This document shows, one piece after another, positions 40,761 through 51,644 of a stretch of DNA of 64,000 nucleotides; the stretch's first letter is position 1; every line of letters starts with the position of its first letter. Below the pieces are notes generated by a model. The model did not search any database. It had not been told where the DNA came from and was given only the letters and a program-made list of their open reading frames with translations. The stretch spans positions 248,001-312,000 of the forward strand of contig JAQGDQ010000265.1 in NCBI GenBank assembly GCA_030141605.1, in the 5' to 3' direction. The position numbers were made by a program, and so were the translations under genes. This DNA is from Tubiluchus corallicola (Eukaryota; Animalia; Priapulida).

Positions 40761-41426
40761 ATGAAAAAATTTGTTCTCTGTTTTGTAGTTTCTGTATTTA
40801 TTGCTTGTAGCAGCTTCGCTCAGACAATTGACCTTGGAGTAAAAGCGTGGTTTTCAACTGCTGTAACTGGGCTGGATTTAAGTGAGCTTTCTTTTTCCGA
40901 TTTTTTTAGTACTGATAAGACCAAGTCTGGCTATAGTTTTGGTCTCTTTGCTCGTGTTGGTAAGAAGCTTTATCTTCAACCCGAGTTTTTGTATTCTAAA
41001 AAAAGCGGGATTACAAATTTTCAAAGTGGTGAGGTGTCTGCCGAGCAAATCCAGTATAATCAGTATATCTCCGTTACTTCTTTGGATATTCCCCTGTTGC
41101 TTGGGTACAAAGTTTTAGACCTCAAACTTCTTTCTGTACATGCCTTTGCCGGTCCTGCTGCTTCTATTGTTCTTGATAAAGAGTCCAGCCTTTTGGATAT
41201 TGACAGTAACACAATAGTTGATGCGGGAAACAACTATAATTCCCTCATATGGGATCTCCAGTTCGGAGCGGGTATTGATATAGCTAAATTTACTTTTGAT
41301 GTAAGGTATTCAATAGCGGGGATAACAAATATCAGTGACGCTAGTTACGACAGTATCATAGATGAATTTAATTTTGAAAATAAAGCGAACTACCTCACAT
41401 TCTCTTTAGGGTTTAAGCTATTCTAG
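40761..41426 (+). CDS. Outer-membrane beta-barrel (porin family) protein, copy 2 (variant)
   Basis: Intact 221-aa ORF, paralog of 37557-38231; lacks GLNTS, has +F and M->IA. Confidence 0.8.
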   Translation: MKKFVLCFVVSVFIACSSFAQTIDLGVKAWFSTAVTGLDLSELSFSDFFSTDKTKSGYSFGLFARVGKKLYLQPEFLYSKKSGITNFQSGEVSAEQIQYNQYISVTSLDIPLLLGYKVLDLKLLSVHAFAGPAASIVLDKESSLLDIDSNTIVDAGNNYNSLIWDLQFGAGIDIAKFTFDVRYSIAGITNISDASYDSIIDEFNFENKANYLTFSLGFKLF

Positions 41427-41805
41427 TGAGTTTTAATGTGAGGAGTTATATTCTACTATAACAGAAGGTTGTGGTGTAAAATATAGAGCCCTTGAAAGTC
41501 AGTTGGCTCTTGAGGTTTTTAAGTCTGTGTTTTTCATTTTTTCGATTTTCCTTGAAAGTCAGTTAGCTCTTGAGGGCTTCTCTATTTTATAGATATAGGC
41601 CATCACCTTTAGAGCCGTAAAGCTTTTATGAGATAGGCCTTTTGCCTGCTTTTTGCAAAGAATCTTTAAAATCCCTGCTTACTACTTCGGGTTCGTATCA
41701 AATTTTCTCTCGAGTTAAGTTTTAAATACTTCTCTTTAAAGGAACTTCATTGTTATTAAAAATATATTAACTTCACTCTCTCATTTTAAAAATGATAGGA
41801 AAACC

Positions 41806-43584
41806 TTGAGTATTGATGTTATTATAGTATTTGCAGTGCTCGCCTTTATTCTTATTTCTCTCTATTTTGAAATACTGGGGCCGGCTTTTACTTTCGTTAT
41901 CGCAGTTGGGGTGCTGGGTATTACAGAGATACTCTCTCCAGTAGAAATACTTAGCGGATTTGCTAACGAGCAGCTGGTGGTAATTTTACTGCTGCTTATT
42001 TTGGGTGATATTATTCGCCAAGCATCGGTGGTGGATAGGATATTTGAAAAGCTCTTTAGTGGGACAAAGAGTTACAGAAGTTTTATTGTCAAAATTATGT
42101 CCATTGTTGCCACCTCTTCTGCTTTTCTTAATAACACTCCACTTGTTGCTATTATAATGCCGTATATTCACAGTTGGGGTAAAAGAAATAATATTTCTCC
42201 ATCTAAACTGCTAATACCGCTTTCTTATGCGGCTATTTTGGGTGGTTGTGTAACACTTATAGGTACATCTACCAACCTCATGATAAACGGTATGGTAACA
42301 GAGCAGGAGATAGTCCCGGATCTTCCCCAGCTGAATATATTTACCTTTTTCCCAATTGGTGCAACTATGGCCTTAATAGGGATCTGCTACATCACTTTTG
42401 CGGGGAAGAGGTTTTTGCCCGACAGAAAAGATGCGATGAATGAGTTTCGCTCAAAAAATCGCGAGTATATTTTGCAGGCACAAATTACCAAAGGTTCTCC
42501 ACTGGCAGGGCAGGAGATAATGAACAGGGAGCTCAGCAGCCTGAAAGGATTATATCTCATAGAGGTGATTAGAGAGGGAGAGCATATCTCCGCTATTTCT
42601 GTGCAGACCAAGCTGCGGGAAGGGGATTTTGTCGTATTTGCAGGAGATACTAATACAATAGCTGATATTATAACAAAAAGTGATTCAGGCTTATCATTTC
42701 CGGCTATAGGCACAATAAGTAAACAGAGGGCCACCGAGGTGGTTGAGGTTGTTATATCACACAACTCTTCATTAATAGGCAAAACTGTGATAGATGCCGG
42801 CTTCAGGAGCAAGTTTGATGCTGCAATTATCGCAATACACCGAAACGGGGAGAGGATATCAGGTAAGATCACCTACCAAAAGTTGAGGGCAGGCGATGTA
42901 CTTCTTCTCTTTGCAGGTAGCAATTTTACAGCTCTTTCGTCCGGCACTCTGGATTTTTACCATATTTCCAAGGTGAAGTCTCACTGCAAAATAAATACTT
43001 GGCAAATAGCTGTCATTTTTGGGGGTGTCGGGGCTGCTATTTTGCTATCTGCCCTCCACCTTGTTCCACTCTTCACATCACTTTTGGTGCTTATCATCCT
43101 TATTAGTATGCTCAGGATATATCCGTCGAAGGATATTCCTAAAAGTGTTGATTATGAGCTAGCTATGATAATAGCGTTATCATTATCATTAGGTACAGCT
43201 ATGCTAAAGACAGGAGTTGCTGAAATGATTGCCGAAGGCATAATATCTGTCTGCGAGCCATTTGGGAATATTGCACTGCTTACTGGTATCTACCTTATCA
43301 CATCAATATTGGCCAATTTAATCACAAATAAGGCCGCTGTGGCTATAATATTTCCCATATCGTTAACTATGGCATTAAATCTGGAGTTGTCGACAACTCC
43401 TTTTATCCTTGTTGTCGCTTTTGCCGCTGCCGCCAACTTTATGACTCCCATAGGCTATCAAACAAACCTTATGGTGTATGGCCCTGGAGGGTATTCTTTT
43501 AAAGATTTTTTTAAGTTTGGGTTCCCGCTTACGCTTATTTATATGGCCGTTACTGTTACCATTTTGGGGTTGGCTTATTTATAG
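41806..43584 (+). CDS. SLC13/CitMHS-family anion transporter with two TrkA-C (RCK_C) domains
   Basis: SAFLNNTPLV, LGGCVTLIGTSTN, ITNKAA, FMTPIGYQTNLMVYGPGGY.F.DF.KFG. Confidence 0.92.
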   Translation: MSIDVIIVFAVLAFILISLYFEILGPAFTFVIAVGVLGITEILSPVEILSGFANEQLVVILLLLILGDIIRQASVVDRIFEKLFSGTKSYRSFIVKIMSIVATSSAFLNNTPLVAIIMPYIHSWGKRNNISPSKLLIPLSYAAILGGCVTLIGTSTNLMINGMVTEQEIVPDLPQLNIFTFFPIGATMALIGICYITFAGKRFLPDRKDAMNEFRSKNREYILQAQITKGSPLAGQEIMNRELSSLKGLYLIEVIREGEHISAISVQTKLREGDFVVFAGDTNTIADIITKSDSGLSFPAIGTISKQRATEVVEVVISHNSSLIGKTVIDAGFRSKFDAAIIAIHRNGERISGKITYQKLRAGDVLLLFAGSNFTALSSGTLDFYHISKVKSHCKINTWQIAVIFGGVGAAILLSALHLVPLFTSLLVLIILISMLRIYPSKDIPKSVDYELAMIIALSLSLGTAMLKTGVAEMIAEGIISVCEPFGNIALLTGIYLITSILANLITNKAAVAIIFPISLTMALNLELSTTPFILVVAFAAAANFMTPIGYQTNLMVYGPGGYSFKDFFKFGFPLTLIYMAVTVTILGLAYL

Positions 43585-43677
43585 CGTAAAAGAGAGTATA
43601 TAGTTGCGCCTTTATTAGGGCTTATAATTTGGTGCCGGCCAAAGAATAATCCTTGTAAAGGTTTTGTGTTTTGCACT

Positions 43678-45603
43678 TTATGATGCGCTCCCTCTTTTTG
43701 AGTTATATTTGACGGAGATCATCGATATATCATCCTTTTGGTTGGAGTGCTCGCCTCTGTGTTGCTTTACCGCCTCAATAGTTGCTTCAATAATCTGTTT
43801 GGGCTCTTTTACGCTAACGTTTTGAATTTCATTCTGTAATCTTTGCTGTCCAAAAAGTTGCCCGCTGCTATTATACTCTTCTGTTATCCCATCGGAATAG
43901 CCAATAAAAATATCTCCAAGTTTTAGCGCCACCTCTGTTTCATCAAATTTTTGATCTTCTATAATACCTACAGGAGTGCCGTGAGAGTGAGGTAAGTCTT
44001 CTAGTTTACCATTACGTTTTAATATAAATGGGTGCTGATGTCCGGCATTACAGTAGGTAAGTTTTCCGGTAGAAAGGTTAAGGATGCCTAGAAATACTGT
44101 TACAAACATATCCGAGCTGTTATCTCTGCTCAGCTCCTCATTCAAAAGCGTAACAATTTTACTTGCGGAATGGTTTCTACTTGCAATACTTCTGAGCATT
44201 GTTTGAGTCATTACGGAGAACATTGCAGCAGGTATTCCTTTTCCCAGGGTATCGCATATTGATATAAACAACTGGTTGTCGTCCAGTAAATAAATATCAT
44301 AAAAGTCTCCACCAACTGATTTTGCAGGAATAAGTACGCCGTAACAATCGAAGTCAGTTCTGTTTGGGTAAAGAGGAAACTTGGAAGGGACCATACTCAT
44401 CTCTATATCACGTGCAAGCTCCAGCTCTCTGTTCAGGCTTTCCTGGTCACGTTGGCTTTTATCCCACCTGGAGTGGTATGTCTCTATTTGCTGTTTTAAT
44501 ACATTTAATCCTTCTGTCAGTATGCTTATGTCGTCCCGGGGCTCCGGCAATGTGTCCTCTTCTTCTATAAGCTTGCGTACGCTACTGGCTAGTCGTGAGA
44601 TAGGGGAAAATATTACTTTCGAGAGATATATTACAACTGCTACCAGGAGTGCTATGCTGATAATCAATAGTGTTAGCAGCCACATGGAAGCTTTGTTCAG
44701 CCCGGCAAGTATCTCTGTTCTTGGGACAAAAGCTAAAGTCATCAGTCCCTTTTCAGAGACAGACCAGGATACAGCAGCGCTTTTTCTGTTTTCATGGCAT
44801 ATGTCTCTAATTTTTATTATAACACCACTTTCCCTCTCTCTTAACGCACTCGTTATTGAGCTAAATGCGTTATTGTCAAAGCAACCGCTAATGGCCTCAA
44901 TTTTTTGTCCTCTGTATTTTCTTTCCGGGTGGTATACTATCTGCCCGCCATCTGCAACAAGAAGCAGATAGCCGCTGTTATATATGTCTGTATTTTCTAG
45001 TTCATTGATAATGTCCTTTATGGAGATGATACAGTTAATAATGCGCCATTTTTGTATACCACCTTCATGTACTCGGAGCGCTGTTGCATAAGCAAGCATC
45101 GGTTCTCCGGTTTCATCTATATAGAGCGGGGTGCTTCGGTTCGTCTCTTTTTCTTCAATTATGTTTTTGTACCAGTTGTCGAGTAGGTGCCTTTTTTTTA
45201 TAAGTGTATGGTCCTTTGTGTCAATGCGCCCTATATTATTCACCACGAGAATATCTTTTAGATGACCGGTGCTCCACTCATCGTCATACTCTTTGATATG
45301 AATAGCGTAAAATCCATTTTTAAATTTCATGGTGGTGGACAGAAAGTTTTCAGTCTCTTTTTCTTCTTTGCTGTATTTGTAAACGTTGTTTTCCAGAAAA
45401 GAGACTGTTTCATTGGCCTGGTTTGCTATGTATCCAAGTTTTTCAGTGGAGCGCAGGCTACTTATTTTGACCTCACTTTCCATGTTCTTTAGGACTACTA
45501 TTTTAGCAAAGTTGTATATTATAAAGGTTACAGTTATTAGGATGACGCTTCCTCCTAGTATCACTAGTGTTCCAAAGCGGGATATTAGATTACGATTTTT
45601 CAT
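43678..45603 (-). CDS. Cache-sensor SpoIIE/PP2C (RsbU-like) phosphatase
   Basis: Two TM helices flanking a Cache-like domain (GYLLLV..GQIVYHP); VGGDFYD, ICDTLGKGIPAA, MFVT, CNAGH, YSDGITE, DDISMI. Confidence 0.88.
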   Translation of the reverse strand: MKNRNLISRFGTLVILGGSVILITVTFIIYNFAKIVVLKNMESEVKISSLRSTEKLGYIANQANETVSFLENNVYKYSKEEKETENFLSTTMKFKNGFYAIHIKEYDDEWSTGHLKDILVVNNIGRIDTKDHTLIKKRHLLDNWYKNIIEEKETNRSTPLYIDETGEPMLAYATALRVHEGGIQKWRIINCIISIKDIINELENTDIYNSGYLLLVADGGQIVYHPERKYRGQKIEAISGCFDNNAFSSITSALRERESGVIIKIRDICHENRKSAAVSWSVSEKGLMTLAFVPRTEILAGLNKASMWLLTLLIISIALLVAVVIYLSKVIFSPISRLASSVRKLIEEEDTLPEPRDDISILTEGLNVLKQQIETYHSRWDKSQRDQESLNRELELARDIEMSMVPSKFPLYPNRTDFDCYGVLIPAKSVGGDFYDIYLLDDNQLFISICDTLGKGIPAAMFSVMTQTMLRSIASRNHSASKIVTLLNEELSRDNSSDMFVTVFLGILNLSTGKLTYCNAGHQHPFILKRNGKLEDLPHSHGTPVGIIEDQKFDETEVALKLGDIFIGYSDGITEEYNSSGQLFGQQRLQNEIQNVSVKEPKQIIEATIEAVKQHRGEHSNQKDDISMISVKYNSKRGSAS

Positions 45604-45730
45604 AGGCGCACTAGGTGATAGTCTATAGAGCTACGTTTGGGTGGTTAGTTTGTCAAAGTAAAGTGTTTTGCTTTTAGTTTTAAGGATAAAGCGGTTATGC
45701 AATTAGTTTTTAAGACGTTTTTTTTATAAG

Positions 45731-46477
45731 TCAGGTGTTCATTGCTCCACAAACAGTTATGACCTGTCCCGATATGTATGAAGAGAGGTCAGAGGCGAAA
45801 AATAGAGCTGTATTAGCTACCTCTTCAGGTGTTCCACCACGTTTTAATGGTATTGAGGCCTCCCATGCTTTGCGCGCATCTTCGGGTATTTTATCTGTCA
45901 TTTCTGTGATAATAAAACCCGGAGCAATTGCGTTTGAGCGAATGCCCCTCGAGCCTACCTCTTTTGCGATGGATTTTGTGAAGCCTATAATACCGGCTTT
46001 TGATGCTGAATAGTTAGCCTGCCCGGCATTACCACTAACACCCACGACTGAGCTTATATTTACAATTGATCCGCTTCGCTGTTTCATCATAACAGGCAAG
46101 GCAGCACTGGTGTAGTTAAAGACCGATTTTAAGTTTACATTGATTACGGTATCCCATTGCTGTTCAGTCATACGCATCATAAGTGTATCCATTGTTATCC
46201 CCGCATTATTCACCAATGCATCAACTCCATCGAACTCTTCAGCAATTTCGCTCATAAGCTTTTTTGCATCTTCAAAGTTAGCAGCGTTAGAGGCGTATGC
46301 TTTGACCTTCACACCAAGTGAAGCGATCTCTTTTTCAGTGTCTTTTGCAGCGTCATCGTAGTTGAGGTCTGTGAAAGCGATATTGCATCCCTCCTCGGCA
46401 AATTTCACAGCTATAGCTTTGCCAATACCTCTTGATGCACCGGTTATAATAGCACTCTTTCCTTCAAGTAGTTTCAT
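45731..46477 (-). CDS. fabG: 3-oxoacyl-ACP reductase
   Basis: ITGASRGIG, LVNNAGIT.D.L.MRM, GNAGQANYSASKAG, IAPGFI.T.MT. Confidence 0.95.
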   Translation of the reverse strand: MKLLEGKSAIITGASRGIGKAIAVKFAEEGCNIAFTDLNYDDAAKDTEKEIASLGVKVKAYASNAANFEDAKKLMSEIAEEFDGVDALVNNAGITMDTLMMRMTEQQWDTVINVNLKSVFNYTSAALPVMMKQRSGSIVNISSVVGVSGNAGQANYSASKAGIIGFTKSIAKEVGSRGIRSNAIAPGFIITEMTDKIPEDARKAWEASIPLKRGGTPEEVANTALFFASDLSSYISGQVITVCGAMNT

Positions 46478-46865
46478 TATGTGTAAAATTTAATTTTTGT
46501 CAAAGTGTTTTTCTTCATTAACAGCCATGTTTGCCAAAGGTACGGATATCTTGTGGCAAGCAAGCCCCACAGCTAATTAAGGCAAAAATAAAAATCTTTC
46601 TTATGGTAACAAAAAACCCCCTTTATCTCTTTAGAGGGCTTAATATTTTTGTTAAAGTCCGCCTTAAAGTCTTTATCTGCCTGGATAAGGAGCGGCTTAT
46701 ATCGAATTTTCCTTAAATCTGAGTCAAAGTCTTTTGTTTTGAATAGGTCTTCCTGTCGGTATAGCTGCCTGCGTCTTCGCCTGCATCCACCGGCACCTCC
46801 TTTTATGCGCCAAAAAACATAGATTCAACTATCTTTGCAAGCTACGTTTTTATGTTATTTAAGTT

Positions 46866-48263
46866 ATGATTGCCCAACCTACGATCTGCGCTATATCTAC
46901 CCCCCCCGGAGTGGGGGCTCTCGCTATTGTGCGCCTTTCAGGAAAAAGTGCGATAGTTATTGCCGATGAAATATTTGTTTCGCCCGATAAAAGTAAGAAA
47001 CTGGTAGGGCAGAGGGCTAACTCTACACATTTTGGGGCCATTGTTGATGGAGGAGTAGTCGTCGATGAAGTGGTTGTGGTTCTATTCAGAGCCCCTCACT
47101 CTTCTACAGGTGAGGATGTTGTGGAGATATCATGCCATGGTTCTTCATATATACAGCAGTCTGTTTTACAACTTCTGATATCAAAAGGTGCCCAGATGGC
47201 GCAGCCGGGGGAGTTTACGAAAAGGGCTTTTCTGAATGGCAAAATAGATATGGCACAAGCTGAGTCTGTTGCCGACCTTATAGCTTCCGATTCGGCAGCA
47301 TCGCATAGATTGGCTATAACCCAGATGAGAGGGGGTTTCTCCAGTGAGTTGGCCGGTTTGCGCACACGATTGCTGAATTTTGTATCCCTTATAGAGCTTG
47401 AGCTGGATTTTAGCGAAGAGGATGTTGAGTTTGCAGATTGCGGCAAGCTCAGCGAGATGGCTGCCACTATAGAGAATATAATCGGGAAGCTGGCTAGGTC
47501 GTTTCAGGTAGGTAATGCTATAAAGAAAGGTGTTCCTGTAGTCATCGCTGGAGAGACCAATGTGGGTAAGTCTACATTATTAAACGCCCTTTTAAATGAG
47601 GATAAGGCCATTGTCTCTGATATACACGGAACAACTCGTGATGTTATAGAAGAGGTCATTAGTATAGACGGTGTAACATTTCGGCTCTTCGATACAGCAG
47701 GAATAAGGGACACAGATGACAAAGTTGAGAGTCTGGGCATTGAACGAACTTATAGTAAGCTGCGACAGGCTGGTATAGTGCTCTTTGTTATAGATGTAAC
47801 AATGCCTGTTGCCCATAGTAATAGAAGGCTGCAAAAGATATGCTCGGGAATAGATAATCAGCAGTTAATAGTGGTAGGCAATAAAGTGGATATGGTGGAT
47901 AACGAAACTGTAAGTAAAATAACCTCAACCATAGAACTACCCAAAATAGGGAAGCTTGTCTTTATTTCTGCCAAAAAGCTGCTAAATATTGGTAAGCTTA
48001 CCTCTATGCTGTCTGAAGTAGCGGGAGTGTCAAATATTGACACCGGTGATGTGATAGTGGCTAATATACGCCACTATGAGGCTCTTACCCATGCTAGCAA
48101 ATCAATTGCCCGTGTGCGGGAGGGGCTGCAATCATGTGTGTCAGGCGACTTCCTGGCGCAGGATATTCGAGAGTGTATGCATTACCTGGGAGAGATAACA
48201 GGCGAGGTGTCTACAGACGAAATACTAAATAATATTTTTAAGAATTTCTGTATCGGGAAGTAA
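46866..48263 (+). CDS. mnmE: tRNA modification GTPase MnmE/TrmE
   Basis: TICAISTPPG.GA, GEFTKRAFLNGK, GETNVGKS, GTTRD, DTAG, FCIGK C-terminus. Confidence 0.97.
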   Translation: MIAQPTICAISTPPGVGALAIVRLSGKSAIVIADEIFVSPDKSKKLVGQRANSTHFGAIVDGGVVVDEVVVVLFRAPHSSTGEDVVEISCHGSSYIQQSVLQLLISKGAQMAQPGEFTKRAFLNGKIDMAQAESVADLIASDSAASHRLAITQMRGGFSSELAGLRTRLLNFVSLIELELDFSEEDVEFADCGKLSEMAATIENIIGKLARSFQVGNAIKKGVPVVIAGETNVGKSTLLNALLNEDKAIVSDIHGTTRDVIEEVISIDGVTFRLFDTAGIRDTDDKVESLGIERTYSKLRQAGIVLFVIDVTMPVAHSNRRLQKICSGIDNQQLIVVGNKVDMVDNETVSKITSTIELPKIGKLVFISAKKLLNIGKLTSMLSEVAGVSNIDTGDVIVANIRHYEALTHASKSIARVREGLQSCVSGDFLAQDIRECMHYLGEITGEVSTDEILNNIFKNFCIGK

Positions 48264-48490
48264 TTACTTTTCTTTTTCTTAGCTAAATGCTTCTTTTAGT
48301 GCATTTTAAGCAGTTTTTACTTCCTTTGTTTATTGCTAATTTTCCTTTATTTTCCGTATATTTGTTGCTAATCGGTTGCTAATAGAAACAAATTTGTTGG
48401 TAGCAACAAGATTTTAGAGCAAAGGAGAAATGATGCTATATAGAGCTACAACCAGCTACATGTAGCTACATCAGAATCGAAAAGACTTGC

Positions 48491-48802
48491 ATGTATTGTG
48501 GTGAAATCTTCATCGCAAAGACTACTGTAACCAAGTATTGCTCGGATAACTGCGCTAAACGTGCCTACAAGAAACGTAAGCGACAGGAAAAGCTCCAGAC
48601 CGTTGATACCTCCTCCTCTTCAACTTCAGTTAACGGCATTCAATCAAAAGACTTTCTAAGTATTCAGGACGCTTGTAAGCTATTAGGTACAAGCCGCTGG
48701 ACAATCTATCGCATGATAGATAGAAAGCAATTGACTGCCGCTAAACTTGGCAGACGCACCATAATAAGGAGAACGGAAATCGATAAACTGTTTCAGGCAT
48801 GA
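48491..48802 (+). CDS. Excisionase-like HTH_17 DNA-binding protein with N-terminal Cys cluster
   Basis: (IRIEKTC)MYCGE.F.AKT..TKYCS..C.KRAYK and FLSIQDACKLLGTSRWTIYR; the original start may be damaged (ATGTAG just upstream). Confidence 0.8.
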   Translation: MYCGEIFIAKTTVTKYCSDNCAKRAYKKRKRQEKLQTVDTSSSSTSVNGIQSKDFLSIQDACKLLGTSRWTIYRMIDRKQLTAAKLGRRTIIRRTEIDKLFQA

Positions 48803-49893
48803 AAGTAACACTAAGACAAAGGAACCAAGGCGGTAAGACCAGCCTCTACCTTGATTACTACAACAAGGGAAAACGCAAAACGGAATACCTCCAGCTATAC
48901 CTTGATCCCAACCCGAAAACCAAAGAGCAGAAGGAAGTCAACAAAAAGACACTTCAATTAGCTGAAACCATCAGAGCACAGCGACAGATTGAAATTCAAA
49001 ACGGCACTTATGGCTTCCGTGACAATGAGAAACTAATAGGCAGTGAAACTGCCTATTTAGAATTACTTGCCAACAAGCGACAAGACAGTGCGGGTAATTA
49101 CGGAAATTGGGATAGTATGATAAAGCATTTCAAGAAGTTCATGCCACAGGATATTGCCTTTGAGTTTGTTGATCGTCAGATTGTCCAGGACTTCAAAGAA
49201 TACCTCGACAAGAAAGCAATCACTCACGGCACAAATAAGCTATCGCAAAACTCCAAATACTCTTACTTCAACAAGCTTAGAGCTGCACTAAAGCAAGCAG
49301 TGAAGGACGGCATAATTCCACACTATCCTGCGGAAGGCGTAGATGCCTTCAAGCAAGGAGATCCGGAAAGAGAGTTCCTCACACTTGAAGAGCTGCAAGC
49401 TGCTGCCAATACCGAATGCGAAAACGAGCAACTCAAAACTGCATTCATATTCTCATGCCTTACTGGATTGCGCTGGTCAGACATTCAAAAACTTGTATGG
49501 TCCGAAGTACAGCATTCCAATGACAGGGGTTACTACATCCGTTTCAGGCAGAAGAAAACCAAAGGAGCTGAAACCTTACCCATTTCTGATCAAGCCTTTG
49601 GCTTGCTCGGTGAAAGGGATGATAAAGACGAAAGAGTATTCAAAGGATTGAAATACTCGGCTTGGCACAACTTGAAATTGCAACAGTGGATGATGAAAGC
49701 AGGCATCTCCAAGACCATTACTTTTCACTGTGCCCGTCACACCTACGCTACTTTACAGCTCACGGCAGGAACGGACATTTACACGGTCTCTAAGCTCTTA
49801 GGGCATAAGGAATTGAAAACTACTCAAGTCTATGCCAAGATCATTGACGACAAGAAGAAAGAAGCTGCCAGCAAAATTAAACTTGATCTATAG
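48799..49893 (+). CDS. Tyrosine site-specific integrase
   Basis: SLYLDYY arm domain, TGLRWSD, TFHCARHTYAT, SKLLGH..LKTTQVYAK. Confidence 0.95.
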   Translation: MKVTLRQRNQGGKTSLYLDYYNKGKRKTEYLQLYLDPNPKTKEQKEVNKKTLQLAETIRAQRQIEIQNGTYGFRDNEKLIGSETAYLELLANKRQDSAGNYGNWDSMIKHFKKFMPQDIAFEFVDRQIVQDFKEYLDKKAITHGTNKLSQNSKYSYFNKLRAALKQAVKDGIIPHYPAEGVDAFKQGDPEREFLTLEELQAAANTECENEQLKTAFIFSCLTGLRWSDIQKLVWSEVQHSNDRGYYIRFRQKKTKGAETLPISDQAFGLLGERDDKDERVFKGLKYSAWHNLKLQQWMMKAGISKTITFHCARHTYATLQLTAGTDIYTVSKLLGHKELKTTQVYAKIIDDKKKEAASKIKLDL

Positions 49894-51502
49894 ATGGAAC
49901 TGAAAATATTCAATAGCATCCTGTTTGGAGAGCTTCAGCCATTCACAGGAAACAATCGTGAAGAAAAGTACTTCACATCAAAGCTCAACCCAACATTTAA
50001 AGTGCCTGGCACAATGGAAGAGTTTGAAGCTGAGTTAAAGAAAGCACTGGCAGAACATCCTTTCCTTTTAAATAAAGAAGAGTACTATGTAAACCTCAAC
50101 CCTGAAGAAGGAAAAATTGAAATCAGTGGAATAAGAGATGAAGTCTTTGAACCGGGCATTGATATTGACATTCCACCATATTTCAACTCCACTACCGAGT
50201 ACTACTATTACCTTATCAAAAATGAAGGCACACGAATCATTCATGAGCTTGCTCATGAAATACAGGCTATGGGAACCCATGCTGATGGTAGATTCCTGCT
50301 TCAAAAGGTCTTACTACAAACTGAATACTTACTTAAAGAATACTGCTAAAGAATTAAAATTTCTTCCAAACACTGATACTCCATTCTATCAACCAACCAA
50401 TGAAGAAACCGATACCGAGCGTATTCAGATGAATACACATTTTGTGTACTACACTTTACAAATCACCTTGATAAGGGTTTACTATGAGATCCTTTCAACT
50501 TTTTCCTCTTTCGTTGGCGACTTGGGAAAGACCGCATCAGAACTTTATGCCCAGGTATTAGGGAAAACACCTCCCGAAATCACTTACCAAAAAGTCTCGA
50601 AGGGACTAGCGATACGCAGAGCACAGAATATTGCGGATACTCAGGATTTTAAGGAAGACAAAGCACATTCAGTTCTAAAAGAACTTCATGACCTCCTGAT
50701 CAGCGATACAAGTAACTCAAAGTTAATTCAAGCCATTACCGCAATTGAGAATCGACTTTTCATTGAAGCTCAATTGGAAGACCCGAAGCAACATTCATTT
50801 GAAGACCTATACGCTCCTTCATTTGCAGATAGCCTATTTAAAACCATTAAGGCTCAATACAAAGCAGAGATTGAACAGTTTGTTTTTGGACATGAACGAT
50901 TTGAGCAGATAGAAGAAATTCAGGATGCGTCTAATATCGTGCCTGAGCTTCCTAAAGTAGCAGATTCTACCTTGAAGCATAGTGTATGTCGTAAGTTGAA
51001 CCACTGGCTGGAAACCCAAAAGGAATTATATCGAAATCACTTTACCCAGACATTTACAGCTACGCAAATTGGGAAAGGATCAAATGAACAAAAAGCAACA
51101 CCAAAGGCTAAGCGTGAGCGGCCTGATTTTGCTTCGCAAAAAGGCACTGCTAGGAATTTCCTCAATTTCTTATCTGGCAACAATCCACAGCAGGATAAGA
51201 TCATGAAAGATGATGATTACAATCGCTTGTTGCAGATGGTGGATTTTCTGATTGAAAATGAAAAGCTCCCTGACAAAATCAACAAGATTTCTCAAATCAA
51301 CATTAGTACGGGTATGATCCGCTATACCTTTTACCTAATCCATAAAGAGCTATACACCACAAAAACCATCAAACCTGAATGGATTGATTTTTTACATGCG
51401 GTATTTGAACAATTCAAGAATATTGAATGGAATACCACCAAAACAAAATTTAGTGTTAAACCCTCTAGCTATCAGCATGATATGAAATCTATGGAAGGGT
51501 AA
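49894..51502 (+). pseudogene. Element-associated hypothetical protein split by a frameshift near 50340
   Basis: ORF 49894-50349 starts right after the integrase stop; ORF 50138-51502 continues in another frame with plausible protein sequence only after ~50340. Confidence 0.6.
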
Positions 51503-51644
51503 TATTGGTAAGGTAGCGTTACCTCTTTCCTTCCCTTCTCTTACCTCCTCTCTTTGTTACGAAGTTCATTGAAAGCACGTGCCTTGCTTTCGGTGAGCGA
51601 AAGGCACAACAATCCATTTGTTGAACTTTTAACACGTAACAAAG

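Larger units (their letters stand above)
40225..41773. repeat. 1549-bp direct repeat (right copy) flanking IS1634 copy 2
   Basis: Matches 37021-38578 apart from a few substitutions and indels of -15, +3 and +3 nt. Confidence 0.95.

Noticed and set aside
37021-41773. Diversity-generating retroelement (template/variable repeat) explanation for the porin pair
   Set aside because: No reverse transcriptase, differences are not adenine-specific, and the repeat ends coincide with IS termini.
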